Assembly (NCBI GenBank): GCA_020692245.1
Contig: JAIMKT010000011.1
Span: 3,136 to 67,135 of the forward strand
Direction of reading: 5' to 3'
Source: Microcoleus sp. GA_180221_E-2-1-MAG-45_12
GTDB lineage: Bacteria; Cyanobacteriota; Cyanobacteriia; Cyanobacteriales; JAAUUE01
Length of the DNA stretch: 64,000 nt
Positions 38,574 through 48,763 of this stretch are shown here, in pieces (within the stretch, counting starts at the first letter, position 1; each line of letters starts with the position of its first letter). The position numbers and the translations under genes are program-made. The notes under the pieces are model-generated. The model was not told the origin of the DNA. It ran no database searches and saw only the letters and a list, made by a program, of their open reading frames with translations.

Positions 38574-40421
38574 ATGGATTTTCCCGATTTAGAAGCTGCC
38601 CTCAAGCATTTTTTTGGTTACGATCGCTTTCGTCCAGACCAGAGGCAAATTATCCAAGAAAGCCTTGATGATGCCGATGTATTGGTGATCATGCCCACTG
38701 GGGGCGGAAAATCCTTGTGCTTTCAGTTGCCGGCTCTGCTGCGTCCGGGGTTGACGATCGTGGTGTCTCCGTTAATTGCCCTAATGCAAGATCAAGTCCA
38801 AGCTCTGCAAGATAACGGGATTGGGGCGACTTTCTTGAATAGTACCGTGGGCTTTGTGGAATCTAGAAACCGGGAACAGGCGATTATGGCAGGGAAGATC
38901 AAACTCCTCTACGTGGCTCCCGAAAGATTGCTCACGGAAAGATTTTTAGAGTTGCTCCAAGAAATTAAATCTCAGGTGGGGATTGGCTCGATCGCCATTG
39001 ATGAAGCCCATTGTGTTTCCCAGTGGGGACATGATTTTCGTCCAGAATACCGTCAGTTAAGCTCTCTGCGTAGCTATCACCCCGATATCCCCATGATTGC
39101 CCTCACTGCCACTGCCACCGAACGAGTTAGGGAAGATATCATCCAACAGTTAAGGCTGGATCAACCAAAAGTTCATGTCAGCGGCTTTAATCGAGAGAAT
39201 TTATATTATGAAGTCCAACCCAAAGATAAATCTCCCTATAATCAATTACTGCGAATAGTTAATCAACAGGAAGGTTCGGGAATTATCTATTGCTTGAGTC
39301 GAAAAAGAGTAGATGAAATTGCTGAAAAATTAAATCAAGATGGCTTTGAAGTCCTGCCCTATCATGCGGGAATGAGTGATGTCGATCGAGCCAATAATCA
39401 AACTAGATTTATTCGGGATGATGTGCAGATAATTGTGGCGACGGTGGCTTTTGGGATGGGGATTAATAAGCCTGATGTCCGGTTTGTAATTCATTATGAT
39501 CTGCCCCACAGCATCGAGAATTACTATCAAGAATCTGGTCGAGCCGGAAGAGATGGGGAACCAGCATACTGCACCTTACTTTTTGGTACTAATGACATTA
39601 GAACTGTGGAATTTTTGATAGATCAAAAGCCGGATGAAGCAGAACAAAGAATTGCTAAACAGCAGCTTAGACAAGTAATTAACTATGCTGAAGGGAATGA
39701 ATGTCGGCGAATTATTCAATTAAATTATTTTGGTGAAAAGTTTCCCGGCAACTGTGGCACTTGTGATAATTGTTGTTATCCAAAACCGTTGGAAGATTGG
39801 ACAATCGAGGCACAAAAATTCCTGTCCTGTGTAGCTCGTTGCCAAGAGAAATTTGGGGCAGGGCATATTATTGATATTCTCCGAGGTTCCCAAAGTGACA
39901 AGATTAAAAAGTATGGACACGATCGCCTATCTACCTACGGCATTGGTCAAGACCGCACAACACAAGAATGGCGAAATTTGGGGCGATCACTCCTCCATCA
40001 AGGCTTACTAGATATCACCACCGATGGCTATGCAATTCTTAAGTTAAATCCCCTCAGTTGGGAAGTCATGCGCAAACAAATCACTGTCCAAATTGCTGTT
40101 AATCCATCCACAGTTAAGCAGAAAACTAGTAGTAAAACTAATCGCCAAGCTATTCAAGAAGTTACAAATGTGAATAGTGTAGATGCCGAAATGCTCTTCC
40201 AAAAACTTAGAAAACTACGGAAGAAATTAGCTGATGCCCAAGCTGTGCCTCCCTACGTGATTTTTGGAGATAGTACCCTCAGAAAAATTGCGATCGAGCA
40301 GCCCCGAACTTTGGAAGAATTTGGAAAAATCTCTGGAGTTGGTGAATATAAGCTATCTCATTATGGGAATCAATTTATCGAAGAAATTAAGAATCATCGT
40401 CTAGATAATTTAGATAATTAA
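38574..40421 (+). CDS. recQ: ATP-dependent DNA helicase RecQ
   Basis: Motifs seen: MPTGGGKSLCFQLPA, IDEAHCVSQWGHDFRPEY and a Zn-binding Cys cluster (CRR...CGTCDNC). The C-terminal HRDC region contains VPPYVIF. Confidence 0.95.
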   Translation: MDFPDLEAALKHFFGYDRFRPDQRQIIQESLDDADVLVIMPTGGGKSLCFQLPALLRPGLTIVVSPLIALMQDQVQALQDNGIGATFLNSTVGFVESRNREQAIMAGKIKLLYVAPERLLTERFLELLQEIKSQVGIGSIAIDEAHCVSQWGHDFRPEYRQLSSLRSYHPDIPMIALTATATERVREDIIQQLRLDQPKVHVSGFNRENLYYEVQPKDKSPYNQLLRIVNQQEGSGIIYCLSRKRVDEIAEKLNQDGFEVLPYHAGMSDVDRANNQTRFIRDDVQIIVATVAFGMGINKPDVRFVIHYDLPHSIENYYQESGRAGRDGEPAYCTLLFGTNDIRTVEFLIDQKPDEAEQRIAKQQLRQVINYAEGNECRRIIQLNYFGEKFPGNCGTCDNCCYPKPLEDWTIEAQKFLSCVARCQEKFGAGHIIDILRGSQSDKIKKYGHDRLSTYGIGQDRTTQEWRNLGRSLLHQGLLDITTDGYAILKLNPLSWEVMRKQITVQIAVNPSTVKQKTSSKTNRQAIQEVTNVNSVDAEMLFQKLRKLRKKLADAQAVPPYVIFGDSTLRKIAIEQPRTLEEFGKISGVGEYKLSHYGNQFIEEIKNHRLDNLDN

Positions 40422-40439
40422 CAAATCTAAGTAGTAAGA

Positions 40440-41654
40440 TTAATCGAGAATTTTTAAGACTTCTTTGGGAGAAAGTTTATCTTTGAACCAGATAATTTTA
40501 GCGGGAACTTGATCGATTTTGATGCCAGCTTTTTCGAGGTTGAGGCGCTCAGAAATTGCCAAAATTAAATTAGGGCATTCGGCTTTTCTGACTTGAGCAA
40601 ACTTTTTTTGGAGATAGGTCGATCGCCAGTAGCCAACTATTTCTAATAAATAACTTCTGCCATCGGGATGCACTAATCGAAAATCTGGGATCATCACACT
40701 GCCGGGAATGGGAATTAGATCCACTTCTCGCTCTAGTTGCCACTCGGTTTTGAGCTTGCTCCAGTTATCAGCAAAGGAGGCTTCGAGCATACTATCGTAG
40801 GGCTTGCCGGGGGGATAGTGGGTGATTAAACCACAGCGATCGTTGAGGATAAATCGCCCCTTTCTTAGCTTTTTAGTAAAATCATCTTTCCATTGCAAAG
40901 TCGCCGTCAAATCCCATTTTGTCACATGTAAAAGAGCCGGAATTAATTTGGCAAAATCTATCCCATACCTACGGGTTTCTTTGAATAGGCTTGTTGGCCC
41001 ATCAATGGTAATCGTAAAACCATGATCTGCATCGCCCTCTATGTATGCCATCAATCGAAACAACTTCAGATAGCGAAATAGTAATTTATATTCTCCCGGA
41101 TCATTACGGTGGGCATGGATTTTAATTTCACTGGCTTTGTAGAAAATGCCCTGAACTTGGGAAAGGTTGTAGCGGTGGATGAGTTGGTCAGGAGTCGGGG
41201 CGGTGAATTCGGTCAGAAGACGATTGGCTGGGAGATCGGCGTAGAGTCCTTGGCTAATTTCGGGGGGAAATACGGGTCTTTGGAGTTCTTCGCTGAGGGT
41301 GGTGGCTAAATTTTCCAGCACGGCGATCGCCCCTTGGGGACTTGGTGTGACTAAACTTGCAGCCGAAAATACTCGCTGGCGCAAAAGCTGCGGTTCCAGG
41401 GGACTAACGACTTCAAAGGTGGCATAACTAGTTTTCAGAATGTGGGCTAAACCCCGCCACAGCTTGAAATCTGGTTTATCTCCTTCTAGTTCAGCGAGGA
41501 CTTCATCGAGTTTCCCTTGGGGCTGATGGAGGTGTTGCTGGAGACAGGTAATGAGTTCTTGGGCGATCGATCGAGCCGATGCATCCAAGGGCAGACGCTT
41601 GGGAGTTACCGTTTCCCCATTTTGCCGATAAATAAGTAAATCACTAGGCAGCAT
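40440..41654 (-). CDS. DUF790 (Bax1-like) nuclease family protein
   Basis: The N-terminus MLPSDLLIYRQNGETVTPKRL and the C-terminal nuclease-like IPDFRLVHPDGRSYLLEIVGYW fit my recollection of DUF790. Confidence 0.65.
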   Translation of the reverse strand: MLPSDLLIYRQNGETVTPKRLPLDASARSIAQELITCLQQHLHQPQGKLDEVLAELEGDKPDFKLWRGLAHILKTSYATFEVVSPLEPQLLRQRVFSAASLVTPSPQGAIAVLENLATTLSEELQRPVFPPEISQGLYADLPANRLLTEFTAPTPDQLIHRYNLSQVQGIFYKASEIKIHAHRNDPGEYKLLFRYLKLFRLMAYIEGDADHGFTITIDGPTSLFKETRRYGIDFAKLIPALLHVTKWDLTATLQWKDDFTKKLRKGRFILNDRCGLITHYPPGKPYDSMLEASFADNWSKLKTEWQLEREVDLIPIPGSVMIPDFRLVHPDGRSYLLEIVGYWRSTYLQKKFAQVRKAECPNLILAISERLNLEKAGIKIDQVPAKIIWFKDKLSPKEVLKILD

Positions 41655-41684
41655 GAAAATCCTTCAAAATTTGATTATTTAATC

Positions 41685-43217
41685 TCACGCTTGGCTGTAA
41701 CTAGCGACAAGTTCTGATACTACTTGATTCCGTCCACTAGCTTTGGCATGGTAAAGATGTTGATCTGCTTGAGCGATTAGCTCCCTAGAAGCAAGGTGGG
41801 CTTGGGGAATTAGGGTTGCCACACCAATACTCAAGGTGACGTGGTTAGCGACTTTAGAAGCACTGTGGGGTAATTTCAGTTGGCTGACGGTCGATCGCAT
41901 TTTTTCCGCCACTTGGGTTGCTCGATCGATCTCAATATAGGGCAAAATTACCACAAACTCTTCCCCGCCGTAACGCGCCACGATCGCTTTGGGTTCCATA
42001 CTCGCTGCCTCCCGCATCGCCTTCGCAACTTTTTGCAAGCACAAATCCCCCGCTAAATGTCCGTAGGTATCGTTATAGAGTTTGAAAAAATCTACATCAC
42101 ACAAAATTAAAGACACAGGTAACTGGTTTTGCAGAGCTTTCTGCCAAACTTCCTCAAGGTTAAGCTGAAAGAAATGCCGATTCATTACCTGAGTTAAACC
42201 ATCAGTTTTAGCCAAATGTTCTAGCTCTTGGTTCACCGTTGCCAACTGTTGATTCGTAATTTCTATCTGGCGTTTTGCTTGATGCAATTGCTTCTGAAAA
42301 TTGATCTGCCGTTGCAGCATTTTGTTAATACTTTTTGCCAGATTAGCCAATTCATCCCTACCCCCTAGCTTGATATTCCCCGGATTTTGTAAATCCCCTT
42401 TAATTTGCCCCACCTGTTGCTCTAGGCGGGAGATGCGAGATAAAACAAATCGATCGAGGACAAGATATAAAATTACACTGAGCAGTAGTAATCCCAGACC
42501 CAAGGTAAAAAAGGCTTTACTAATACTTTCCGTAGTGTCAGAAAAAGGACTCGGTGATAACAATTGCATAATCGCTACAGGTTCGCCCTGAGTATTGCGG
42601 ATTGGCAAGAGCAGAGCTTTACTAGTATCCCGGTTTTCAGCTTTTGGGGATGACCTTGGGTTTTGGAATACCTTGGTGTCTATCTGGACTGGCTCACCAT
42701 TGAGATAAAAAGTCTGACTTCCCGTTTGGATTCTAGCTCCGGGAGGTTGTCTTTGACCTTGTCCTCCTAATCCCTGCAAAGATGGGTCTGGGGGACGCTG
42801 GGATGAGTTTGTCGATCGTTGAAATTGGTCTAGCGGTAAGGAATTAGCTGGCTTGTTTCTCGGTGGAGCGCAGGAAAATATGGGTTTCCCTTGGACTTTT
42901 TGGATCAAAGGACTATTCCGGCGATTATCAGCTTCTAGCTGTTGGAGTTGAGCTGCAAAATCTGCTTGGTCTGGATAGAGAATATTTATTTCTATTTGAT
43001 TTTGTCCCCCCGCTCGACATAAGGCATCTTGGTTGGTTAATTCTAGAGGTTCTGTAGATGATTTCTCAAGGAATTGTTGAAGACGATTAGTTAGGGTAAT
43101 ACTTTCTTTTTCGTCTATTTGTACGGACAATAGTTGAGAAAGTACGGTCAAAAGTCCCACAGCTAAGGTAGAGATAGAAAGACCAATAATTAGTAGTGTT
43201 TTTGTTCTGAGATTCAT
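41685..43217 (-). CDS. membrane-bound diguanylate cyclase (TM - periplasmic region - TM - HAMP-like linker - GGDEF)
   Basis: It has the RYGGEEF active site, two hydrophobic segments and a coiled linker. Confidence 0.85.
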   Translation of the reverse strand: MNLRTKTLLIIGLSISTLAVGLLTVLSQLLSVQIDEKESITLTNRLQQFLEKSSTEPLELTNQDALCRAGGQNQIEINILYPDQADFAAQLQQLEADNRRNSPLIQKVQGKPIFSCAPPRNKPANSLPLDQFQRSTNSSQRPPDPSLQGLGGQGQRQPPGARIQTGSQTFYLNGEPVQIDTKVFQNPRSSPKAENRDTSKALLLPIRNTQGEPVAIMQLLSPSPFSDTTESISKAFFTLGLGLLLLSVILYLVLDRFVLSRISRLEQQVGQIKGDLQNPGNIKLGGRDELANLAKSINKMLQRQINFQKQLHQAKRQIEITNQQLATVNQELEHLAKTDGLTQVMNRHFFQLNLEEVWQKALQNQLPVSLILCDVDFFKLYNDTYGHLAGDLCLQKVAKAMREAASMEPKAIVARYGGEEFVVILPYIEIDRATQVAEKMRSTVSQLKLPHSASKVANHVTLSIGVATLIPQAHLASRELIAQADQHLYHAKASGRNQVVSELVASYSQA

Positions 43218-43531
43218 AGTCAGACCACCCCCTGAAATATTTTGGTAAGTAAATATCCTAAATATCCTGAAAATATTAAATCTAGTATGCTTTATTTATA
43301 AATTCTGGAGAAGTTATTACTGATTTGATGCTAGTTGGGTTACAAAAATTAAAATTATGGGGAGTTCTTCGCAAGTTAAAATTAGACAGGAGTGGGTGTA
43401 ATGTAAACCTTAGTCATTAGATTGATATTGTATATACTAATACTAAGCTCAAAGTATTCCTCTATAGCTTCAGCTAGACGATCGGGTTAGTTAAGAACCT
43501 CAGCATAACCTAAGCAAAACTTTATCCAAGC

Positions 43532-44482
43532 ATGAAAAGAGAAATTACGATTTATCGTCCCCTAGAAGGCAGACCAGATAATTATCCAGATTGGTTACAA
43601 CAGGGGAATATTTTTTATGAGATCGGTCGCTACACTGATGCTCTGTTGAGTTACGATCGAGCTTTGGAATATGGTCAAGGAGATTACTGGCTGTTTTACC
43701 GCCGGGCTAGAACCCTCGAATGGCTGGGCTATTTTGAAGAAGCGATCGCAAACTATGAACAGGCAATGGCGATCGACCCCGATGACTATTGGGCGTGCTA
43801 TGAAAAAGCTTTTCCTCAACGGCGGCTGGGGGATTATGAAGGGGCGATCGAAACCTATAAGCAAGCCCTGAAAATTAGACCCGATGACTATTGGGCGTGG
43901 TATCACCGGGGTTTTGTGGCGCTGGAAGATTTGGGTTGGTATCGGGAGGCGATCGGCTGTTTTCAGCAAGCCCTAGAGGTGGAACCCGATGATTATTGGG
44001 CTTGCTATCGTCAAGGAGATGCCTATCGCCATTTAGGGAACTATCAACAAGCCCTAGCCTGCTACAATCAAGCCCTCATGATTCGTCCCAAGGATTACTG
44101 GTCTTTGTACCAAATGGCAAACACCCTCCGTTGTGCTGGAAATTTAGCCACGGCGGTCTTAACCTACGATCAGGCGTTGCAGGTTTTACCCGAAGATTAT
44201 TGGTGTTGGTATCAACGGGCAGAATCCCTCCGGTGCTTGGGGCGTTACAGTGAGGCAATTATTAGCTACAAACATGCCCTCCTCAGTAAAGAAGAAGATG
44301 ATTTCACTCTCTATAATCTTGCCTGTTGCTATGCCCAATTGGGGGAAGTTAATCTCGCTATGAGTCATCTAGAGAGGGCTGCCAAACTCAGTCCCCACCC
44401 ATGCCTCACCAATGCTCGGGCTGATTCAGATTTCGATCGCATCCGCAACCATCCCCGCTTCATCCAGTTAGTTTTTGATTGA
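43532..44482 (+). CDS. tetratricopeptide repeat protein
   Basis: There are about eight consecutive 34-aa units with the pattern A...Y..AL...P.DYW. Confidence 0.85.
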   Translation: MKREITIYRPLEGRPDNYPDWLQQGNIFYEIGRYTDALLSYDRALEYGQGDYWLFYRRARTLEWLGYFEEAIANYEQAMAIDPDDYWACYEKAFPQRRLGDYEGAIETYKQALKIRPDDYWAWYHRGFVALEDLGWYREAIGCFQQALEVEPDDYWACYRQGDAYRHLGNYQQALACYNQALMIRPKDYWSLYQMANTLRCAGNLATAVLTYDQALQVLPEDYWCWYQRAESLRCLGRYSEAIISYKHALLSKEEDDFTLYNLACCYAQLGEVNLAMSHLERAAKLSPHPCLTNARADSDFDRIRNHPRFIQLVFD

Positions 44483-44546
44483 CTTAGATAGTAGCGTGGT
44501 TTATCTAGAGTAGTGCAATAGATCAGTAAGAAATTTCAATCTGTAG

Positions 44547-44566
44547 GGGCGTAAGGCTTTACGCCC
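44547..44566. repeat. REP-like hairpin GGGCGTAA-GGCT-TTACGCCC between convergent genes
   Basis: It has a perfect 8-bp stem with a GGCT loop and shares the CGTAAGGCTT core with 5603-5621. It could act as a bidirectional terminator. Confidence 0.5.
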
Positions 44567-44598
44567 TCTGTCTCTAAGAAACACAACCCCATAAATCA

Positions 44599-45330
44599 CT
44601 AGTTAGAGAAACTTTGGTAAAAATAATAGGTTGCCATGGGAATCACTGTGGCAGCAATTAACAACGCAATTACCCAAATAGAGGAGTTTTTGACATCGGT
44701 TTCATCGGCGGATTTGAAAGTGCTTTCTGCCTTGGCTGTTTCCACTACCACCGGAGCGCCGGGATCTTCACCCCCAGAGATAACCGCTACGAGGCGATCG
44801 CTAGCATCCAGAAAGGCTTGATTATATTTGTTGCCATTTTGAATGGGGATAATTACCGTTTCTTGGGCCACACTCTCGGCAATATCCTTCGCCATCACAG
44901 TTTCGACTTCCGAGCCAGTGGCGATCGCCGTGGTATTGGTGACAGTATCTAGTACTAACAAAACTTGATTTGCTCCTGCTTCTGGAGTCGGGAACCATTT
45001 TTCAAACAGTTGAGTAGTAAAGCTATCAATAGTTTCCCCGTAATCGAGGCGATGGATTGTGACAAACCGGACTTCCGTTCCCGTATCTTGGGCAAGATTG
45101 GCTAACTTAGAATTAATTGTCCCTTCATTGATCCGGCTGAGGACTTCCGATCGATCCAACACCCAGCTATCTGTACCCAAGGAACTCAAACTAGGAATTT
45201 CATAAACCCCTGTGGCAAAAGCCGGAGCCGAGTTGATTGCCCCCAAAATGACTAGGCTGACAGCGAGGAACAACCCCATTAAATACTTTTGCAACTCTCC
45301 TTTCCAAGCTCTGTTGAAAATTTGTTTCAT
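44599..45330 (-). CDS. TPM-domain protein (Psb32/TLP18.3-like)
   Basis: It has a signal/TM segment, then a TPM-like core (VLDRSEVLS...EVRFVTIHRLDYGETIDSF...LFEKW) and a C-terminal TM helix. Confidence 0.6.
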   Translation of the reverse strand: MKQIFNRAWKGELQKYLMGLFLAVSLVILGAINSAPAFATGVYEIPSLSSLGTDSWVLDRSEVLSRINEGTINSKLANLAQDTGTEVRFVTIHRLDYGETIDSFTTQLFEKWFPTPEAGANQVLLVLDTVTNTTAIATGSEVETVMAKDIAESVAQETVIIPIQNGNKYNQAFLDASDRLVAVISGGEDPGAPVVVETAKAESTFKSADETDVKNSSIWVIALLIAATVIPMATYYFYQSFSN

Positions 45331-45430
45331 AAATTTAGCCCATTTCTATCAAAAATAAATATTAATAATTTCTCAAATTATATACATAGTGCAGAAATTT
45401 GTTCTAGAAACCCTTACTAATCGGGATAAA

Positions 45431-47173
45431 TTAGCTGAATTGTTGGGCGTAGTATCCGGCATACCTGCCTGCTTGGGCGAGTAACTCCTCGTGGGTTCCC
45501 GATTCTACAATTTGTCCCTGCTCCACTACGAGAATCCGGGTAGCTCGGCGGACGGTGGCAAGACGATGGGCAATGATAAAAACAGTTCGATCGCTCATCA
45601 CCCGTTCTAGGGCTTCTTGGACAAGGGCTTCTGATTCTGAATCTAGGGCAGAGGTGGCTTCATCGAGGACAAGGATGCGGGGATTGTGCAATACGGCTCT
45701 GGCGATCGCAATCCGTTGTTTTTGTCCCCCGGAAAGATTTACCCCCCGTTCCCCGACCCAAGTTTGATAACCTTGAGTAAACTGACTGATAAACTGATGG
45801 GCATTGGCAATTTTCGCCGCCGCTTCGACTTCTGCTAGATTAAATTGGGCTTGACCGAAGGCAATATTTTGGGCGATCGTTCCAGAAAATAACGTAGTTT
45901 CTTGGGGAACAATGCCCATCTGCCGCCGCAAACTCTTGAGGGTGACATCTTGGATATTAATCCCATCAATGCAGACGCTACCTACTTGGGGATCGTAAAA
46001 CCGAAAGAGGAGATTAACTAAAGTGGTTTTTCCGGCTCCAGAAGCTCCCACAAGGGCAATTACTTCCCCCGGCAGCACCAGTAAATCTAAATCCTTCAGG
46101 ACTGGTTTCGCTGCTTCGTAGGCAAAGGTAACTTGATGATACTCAACCCTGCCTGTCACCACGGGCAAAATCTTGGCATTAGGTTGCTCGACGATCGTGG
46201 GTTGAATTGCCAAAAGCTCAAAGATGCGATCGACCGAGGCTTGTACCTGTTTAATTTCGTTGTAATTAATCGTTAAATGGCTAATGGGGTCAATTAAAAA
46301 TCCTACCCCTGCCACGTAGCTCATAAATTCCGTTGGGGTCAAATTCTTATTGGCAATCTGCCAGCCCCCTAGAAATAGCAGAGACAACACCGAGAGGGCA
46401 TAGAGAAAACCAATTACGGGAAATTGAATTGCTTTCAAGTATTCGGCTGCATAGCGAGATTGACGATTAGCTTCGGCTTCAACTCGGAACCGTTCAATTT
46501 CATAATCTTCGGCAGCAAAGGCTTGGACTAGGCGAATGCCGCTAAATACCTCTGTTAGTAGGGAAGAAATATTGGAAACCCCGGTTTGACTGCGGCGGGA
46601 AAATTTTAATAGCTGTTCCCCAAACCACCCAATCAAAAACGCCATCAGGGGGGCAACTACAAGGGTCGCTAGGGTCAATTGCCAATTGAGGTAAATCATG
46701 TAGCCCAGAACCACCACCAACTGCAAAACGCAAGGCACCAGATCATGAAAAATTTTATTCACCACCTCGCCAATGCGATCGACATCCTCTGTTAAGCGAT
46801 AGGTCAAATCTCCCGTTTGGGTGGTTTCAAAGTAGCTCAAATTTAAGCGTTGGAGATGAGCATAGACTTTTTGCCGTAAATCTAAAGTAATCGCCAGAGA
46901 AGCCTTTGCCATCAAGGAGTCCTGTCCGTACTGCATGATCTTTTGCAATAGAAACATCAAGGCCGTCAACCCCGCCGCTTCTGCTAGTCCTTGAAGATTA
47001 CCAGAGCCAATATGCCCCCCCAAAATTCCCACCAATCTCATGAGGATCGGCCAAAACAGAGTGAACCCGATCGTGCAAAGAAAAGCCCGGACAATAACTG
47101 AGGTTTGGGGACGGAGATAGGGCAGCAGCAGCCAATAGCTGGCTCGACGATGGGGATTATGGAGGCTAGTCAA
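45431..47173 (-). CDS. ABC exporter, fused permease/ATPase (MsbA-like)
   Basis: Six N-terminal TM helices. Walker A is GASGAGKTT, the signature is [14 protein letters not shown] and Walker B is ILVLDEATSALD. It starts at TTG, with AAGGAAG 7 nt upstream. Confidence 0.9.
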   Translation of the reverse strand: MTSLHNPHRRASYWLLLPYLRPQTSVIVRAFLCTIGFTLFWPILMRLVGILGGHIGSGNLQGLAEAAGLTALMFLLQKIMQYGQDSLMAKASLAITLDLRQKVYAHLQRLNLSYFETTQTGDLTYRLTEDVDRIGEVVNKIFHDLVPCVLQLVVVLGYMIYLNWQLTLATLVVAPLMAFLIGWFGEQLLKFSRRSQTGVSNISSLLTEVFSGIRLVQAFAAEDYEIERFRVEAEANRQSRYAAEYLKAIQFPVIGFLYALSVLSLLFLGGWQIANKNLTPTEFMSYVAGVGFLIDPISHLTINYNEIKQVQASVDRIFELLAIQPTIVEQPNAKILPVVTGRVEYHQVTFAYEAAKPVLKDLDLLVLPGEVIALVGASGAGKTTLVNLLFRFYDPQVGSVCIDGINIQDVTLKSLRRQMGIVPQETTLFSGTIAQNIAFGQAQFNLAEVEAAAKIANAHQFISQFTQGYQTWVGERGVNLSGGQKQRIAIARAVLHNPRILVLDEATSALDSESEALVQEALERVMSDRTVFIIAHRLATVRRATRILVVEQGQIVESGTHEELLAQAGRYAGYYAQQFS

Positions 47174-47221
47174 GCGATCGTCTTCCTTTAGTTATTATCT
47201 TATCTTGGGTATTGATGAAGT

Positions 47222-47266
47222 ATTGACACTCCCCGCCCCAGAGAGCTAACTAAAGAGCTAGGGATT
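47222..47266 (-). promoter_or_regulatory. conserved leader motif, copy B
   Basis: The minus strand reads AAATCCCTAGCTCTTTAGTTAGCTCTCTGGGGCGGGGAGTGTCAAT. The core ends 48 nt upstream of the ABC exporter TTG start. Confidence 0.4.
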
Positions 47267-47351
47267 TTTTAAAGACTGGGAATTTTCTAACAATTTCCGT
47301 AACCTTTACAACTGGGATTATCCTATCATAGAGGATGGTAACTAAAGAGGA

Positions 47352-48044
47352 TTGGCAATGTCAGGGAAATTATTACTCGTAGATGATGAGCCGGGATTAC
47401 GTCGGGCTGTGCAGGAATATTTGCAGGAAAGTGGCTTCACGGTGACAGTGGCAGGGAATGCCACCGATGGTTGGGAGTTATTGCAACAGGAAACCCCAGA
47501 CTTGATTATTTCTGATATTATGATGCCTCAAGTTGATGGCTATGAGTTTTTGAAGCAGCTACGGGGGGATCCTCGATTTGCGAGTCTGCCAGTAGTTTTT
47601 CTGACGGCGAGGGGGATGACTAGCGATCGAATTCTTGGTTATCAAGCTGGATGTGATGCCTACCTTGCCAAACCCTTTGACCCGGATGAATTGGTTGCTC
47701 TGGTGGAAAATTTGCTCGATCGACGCATTGCCGTTACTGCTACCAAAGATAGTAATGAACAGCTAGAAGATATTGCCAAACAAGTTGCCGAAATTCGCAG
47801 TCTCCTCAATCAAAAGGGCGGGATTACCACCACCCCCAGCCCCATCCGCATTGACCTCACCCCCAGGGAGCAGAGTGTCCTAGATTTAGTAACTCAAGGT
47901 TTAATGAACAAGGAAATCGCCCGCCGTCTCGAAACCAGTGTCCGCAATGTTGAGAAATACGTCTCTCGTCTCTTTGGTAAAACTGGAACCAACAGCCGCA
48001 CGGAGCTAGTCCGCTATGCCCTAGAACATGGCTTAACTCAGTAA
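47352..48044 (+). CDS. response regulator, NarL/LuxR type
   Basis: The receiver domain contains DLIISDIMMPQVDG. The C-terminal LuxR HTH region is LTPREQSVLDLVTQGLMNKEIARRLETSVRNVEKYVSRL. Confidence 0.9.
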   Translation: MAMSGKLLLVDDEPGLRRAVQEYLQESGFTVTVAGNATDGWELLQQETPDLIISDIMMPQVDGYEFLKQLRGDPRFASLPVVFLTARGMTSDRILGYQAGCDAYLAKPFDPDELVALVENLLDRRIAVTATKDSNEQLEDIAKQVAEIRSLLNQKGGITTTPSPIRIDLTPREQSVLDLVTQGLMNKEIARRLETSVRNVEKYVSRLFGKTGTNSRTELVRYALEHGLTQ

Positions 48045-48065
48045 CCTAGTGTTGAAGAGTTGAAA

Positions 48066-48713
48066 TTAATTCTTTGAGGATAAGTTGAGTTGCTTGAGAT
48101 ATTTAATCCCAGCGTTAAGTTCAGCAGGTTTACCCTGTAACTCTAATTCAAACCAGCCATCTTCGTGGACAGCAAAGGGCATAATTGCTCCAGCTATATT
48201 AACGGTCAAACCATAATCAACAATCAAAGTATTAATTACCGGAATATCTCGGTATTCTTTGGGGATCCGAAGTTGAATTTTTTGGCTTTGCAATTGAGAA
48301 TCTAATTGATGATCTGCAAGATTTTGGTCTGGAGAATTTACCGGAGAATTTGTAATTTTTGGGGATTGTCGATCGAGATCAAACTGCCGCCATTCTTTAA
48401 CCACAGAGGCTTTATCTGACACAGGAGATGGTGCTGAGATTACCTGCGGTGAAATTAAAAATACCTCGATCCCGATATTATGTAAATCAACTAGGGCTTG
48501 ATTGATCTGCACAACATCACCCAAAACTTCTAGATCAAACCAGCCATCATCTCTGGCACTAGAAGTTAATAAAGCCGCCGTAATATTGATGACCAATCGA
48601 TAATCAGAGACTAGTCTAGAAATAATTGGTTGTTGATGGTATTCAGGAGTGATTCTGATCCGCAGATAGGCAGGAACGCTATCAATAGTAATTGGTGTAG
48701 AGTTATTAGTCAT
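48066..48713 (-). CDS. tandem NIL-domain protein
   Basis: Two copies of the pattern R(I/L)RI.(I/T)P.EY...P(I/V)I..L(V/I).....V(I/V)NI.(A/G)A......DGWF(D/E)LE are present. Confidence 0.65.
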   Translation of the reverse strand: MTNNSTPITIDSVPAYLRIRITPEYHQQPIISRLVSDYRLVINITAALLTSSARDDGWFDLEVLGDVVQINQALVDLHNIGIEVFLISPQVISAPSPVSDKASVVKEWRQFDLDRQSPKITNSPVNSPDQNLADHQLDSQLQSQKIQLRIPKEYRDIPVINTLIVDYGLTVNIAGAIMPFAVHEDGWFELELQGKPAELNAGIKYLKQLNLSSKN

Positions 48714-48763
48714 AATGTATATTAACCAAATTAGGTTTGTAAATTTATGGAGGAATAATTAAG

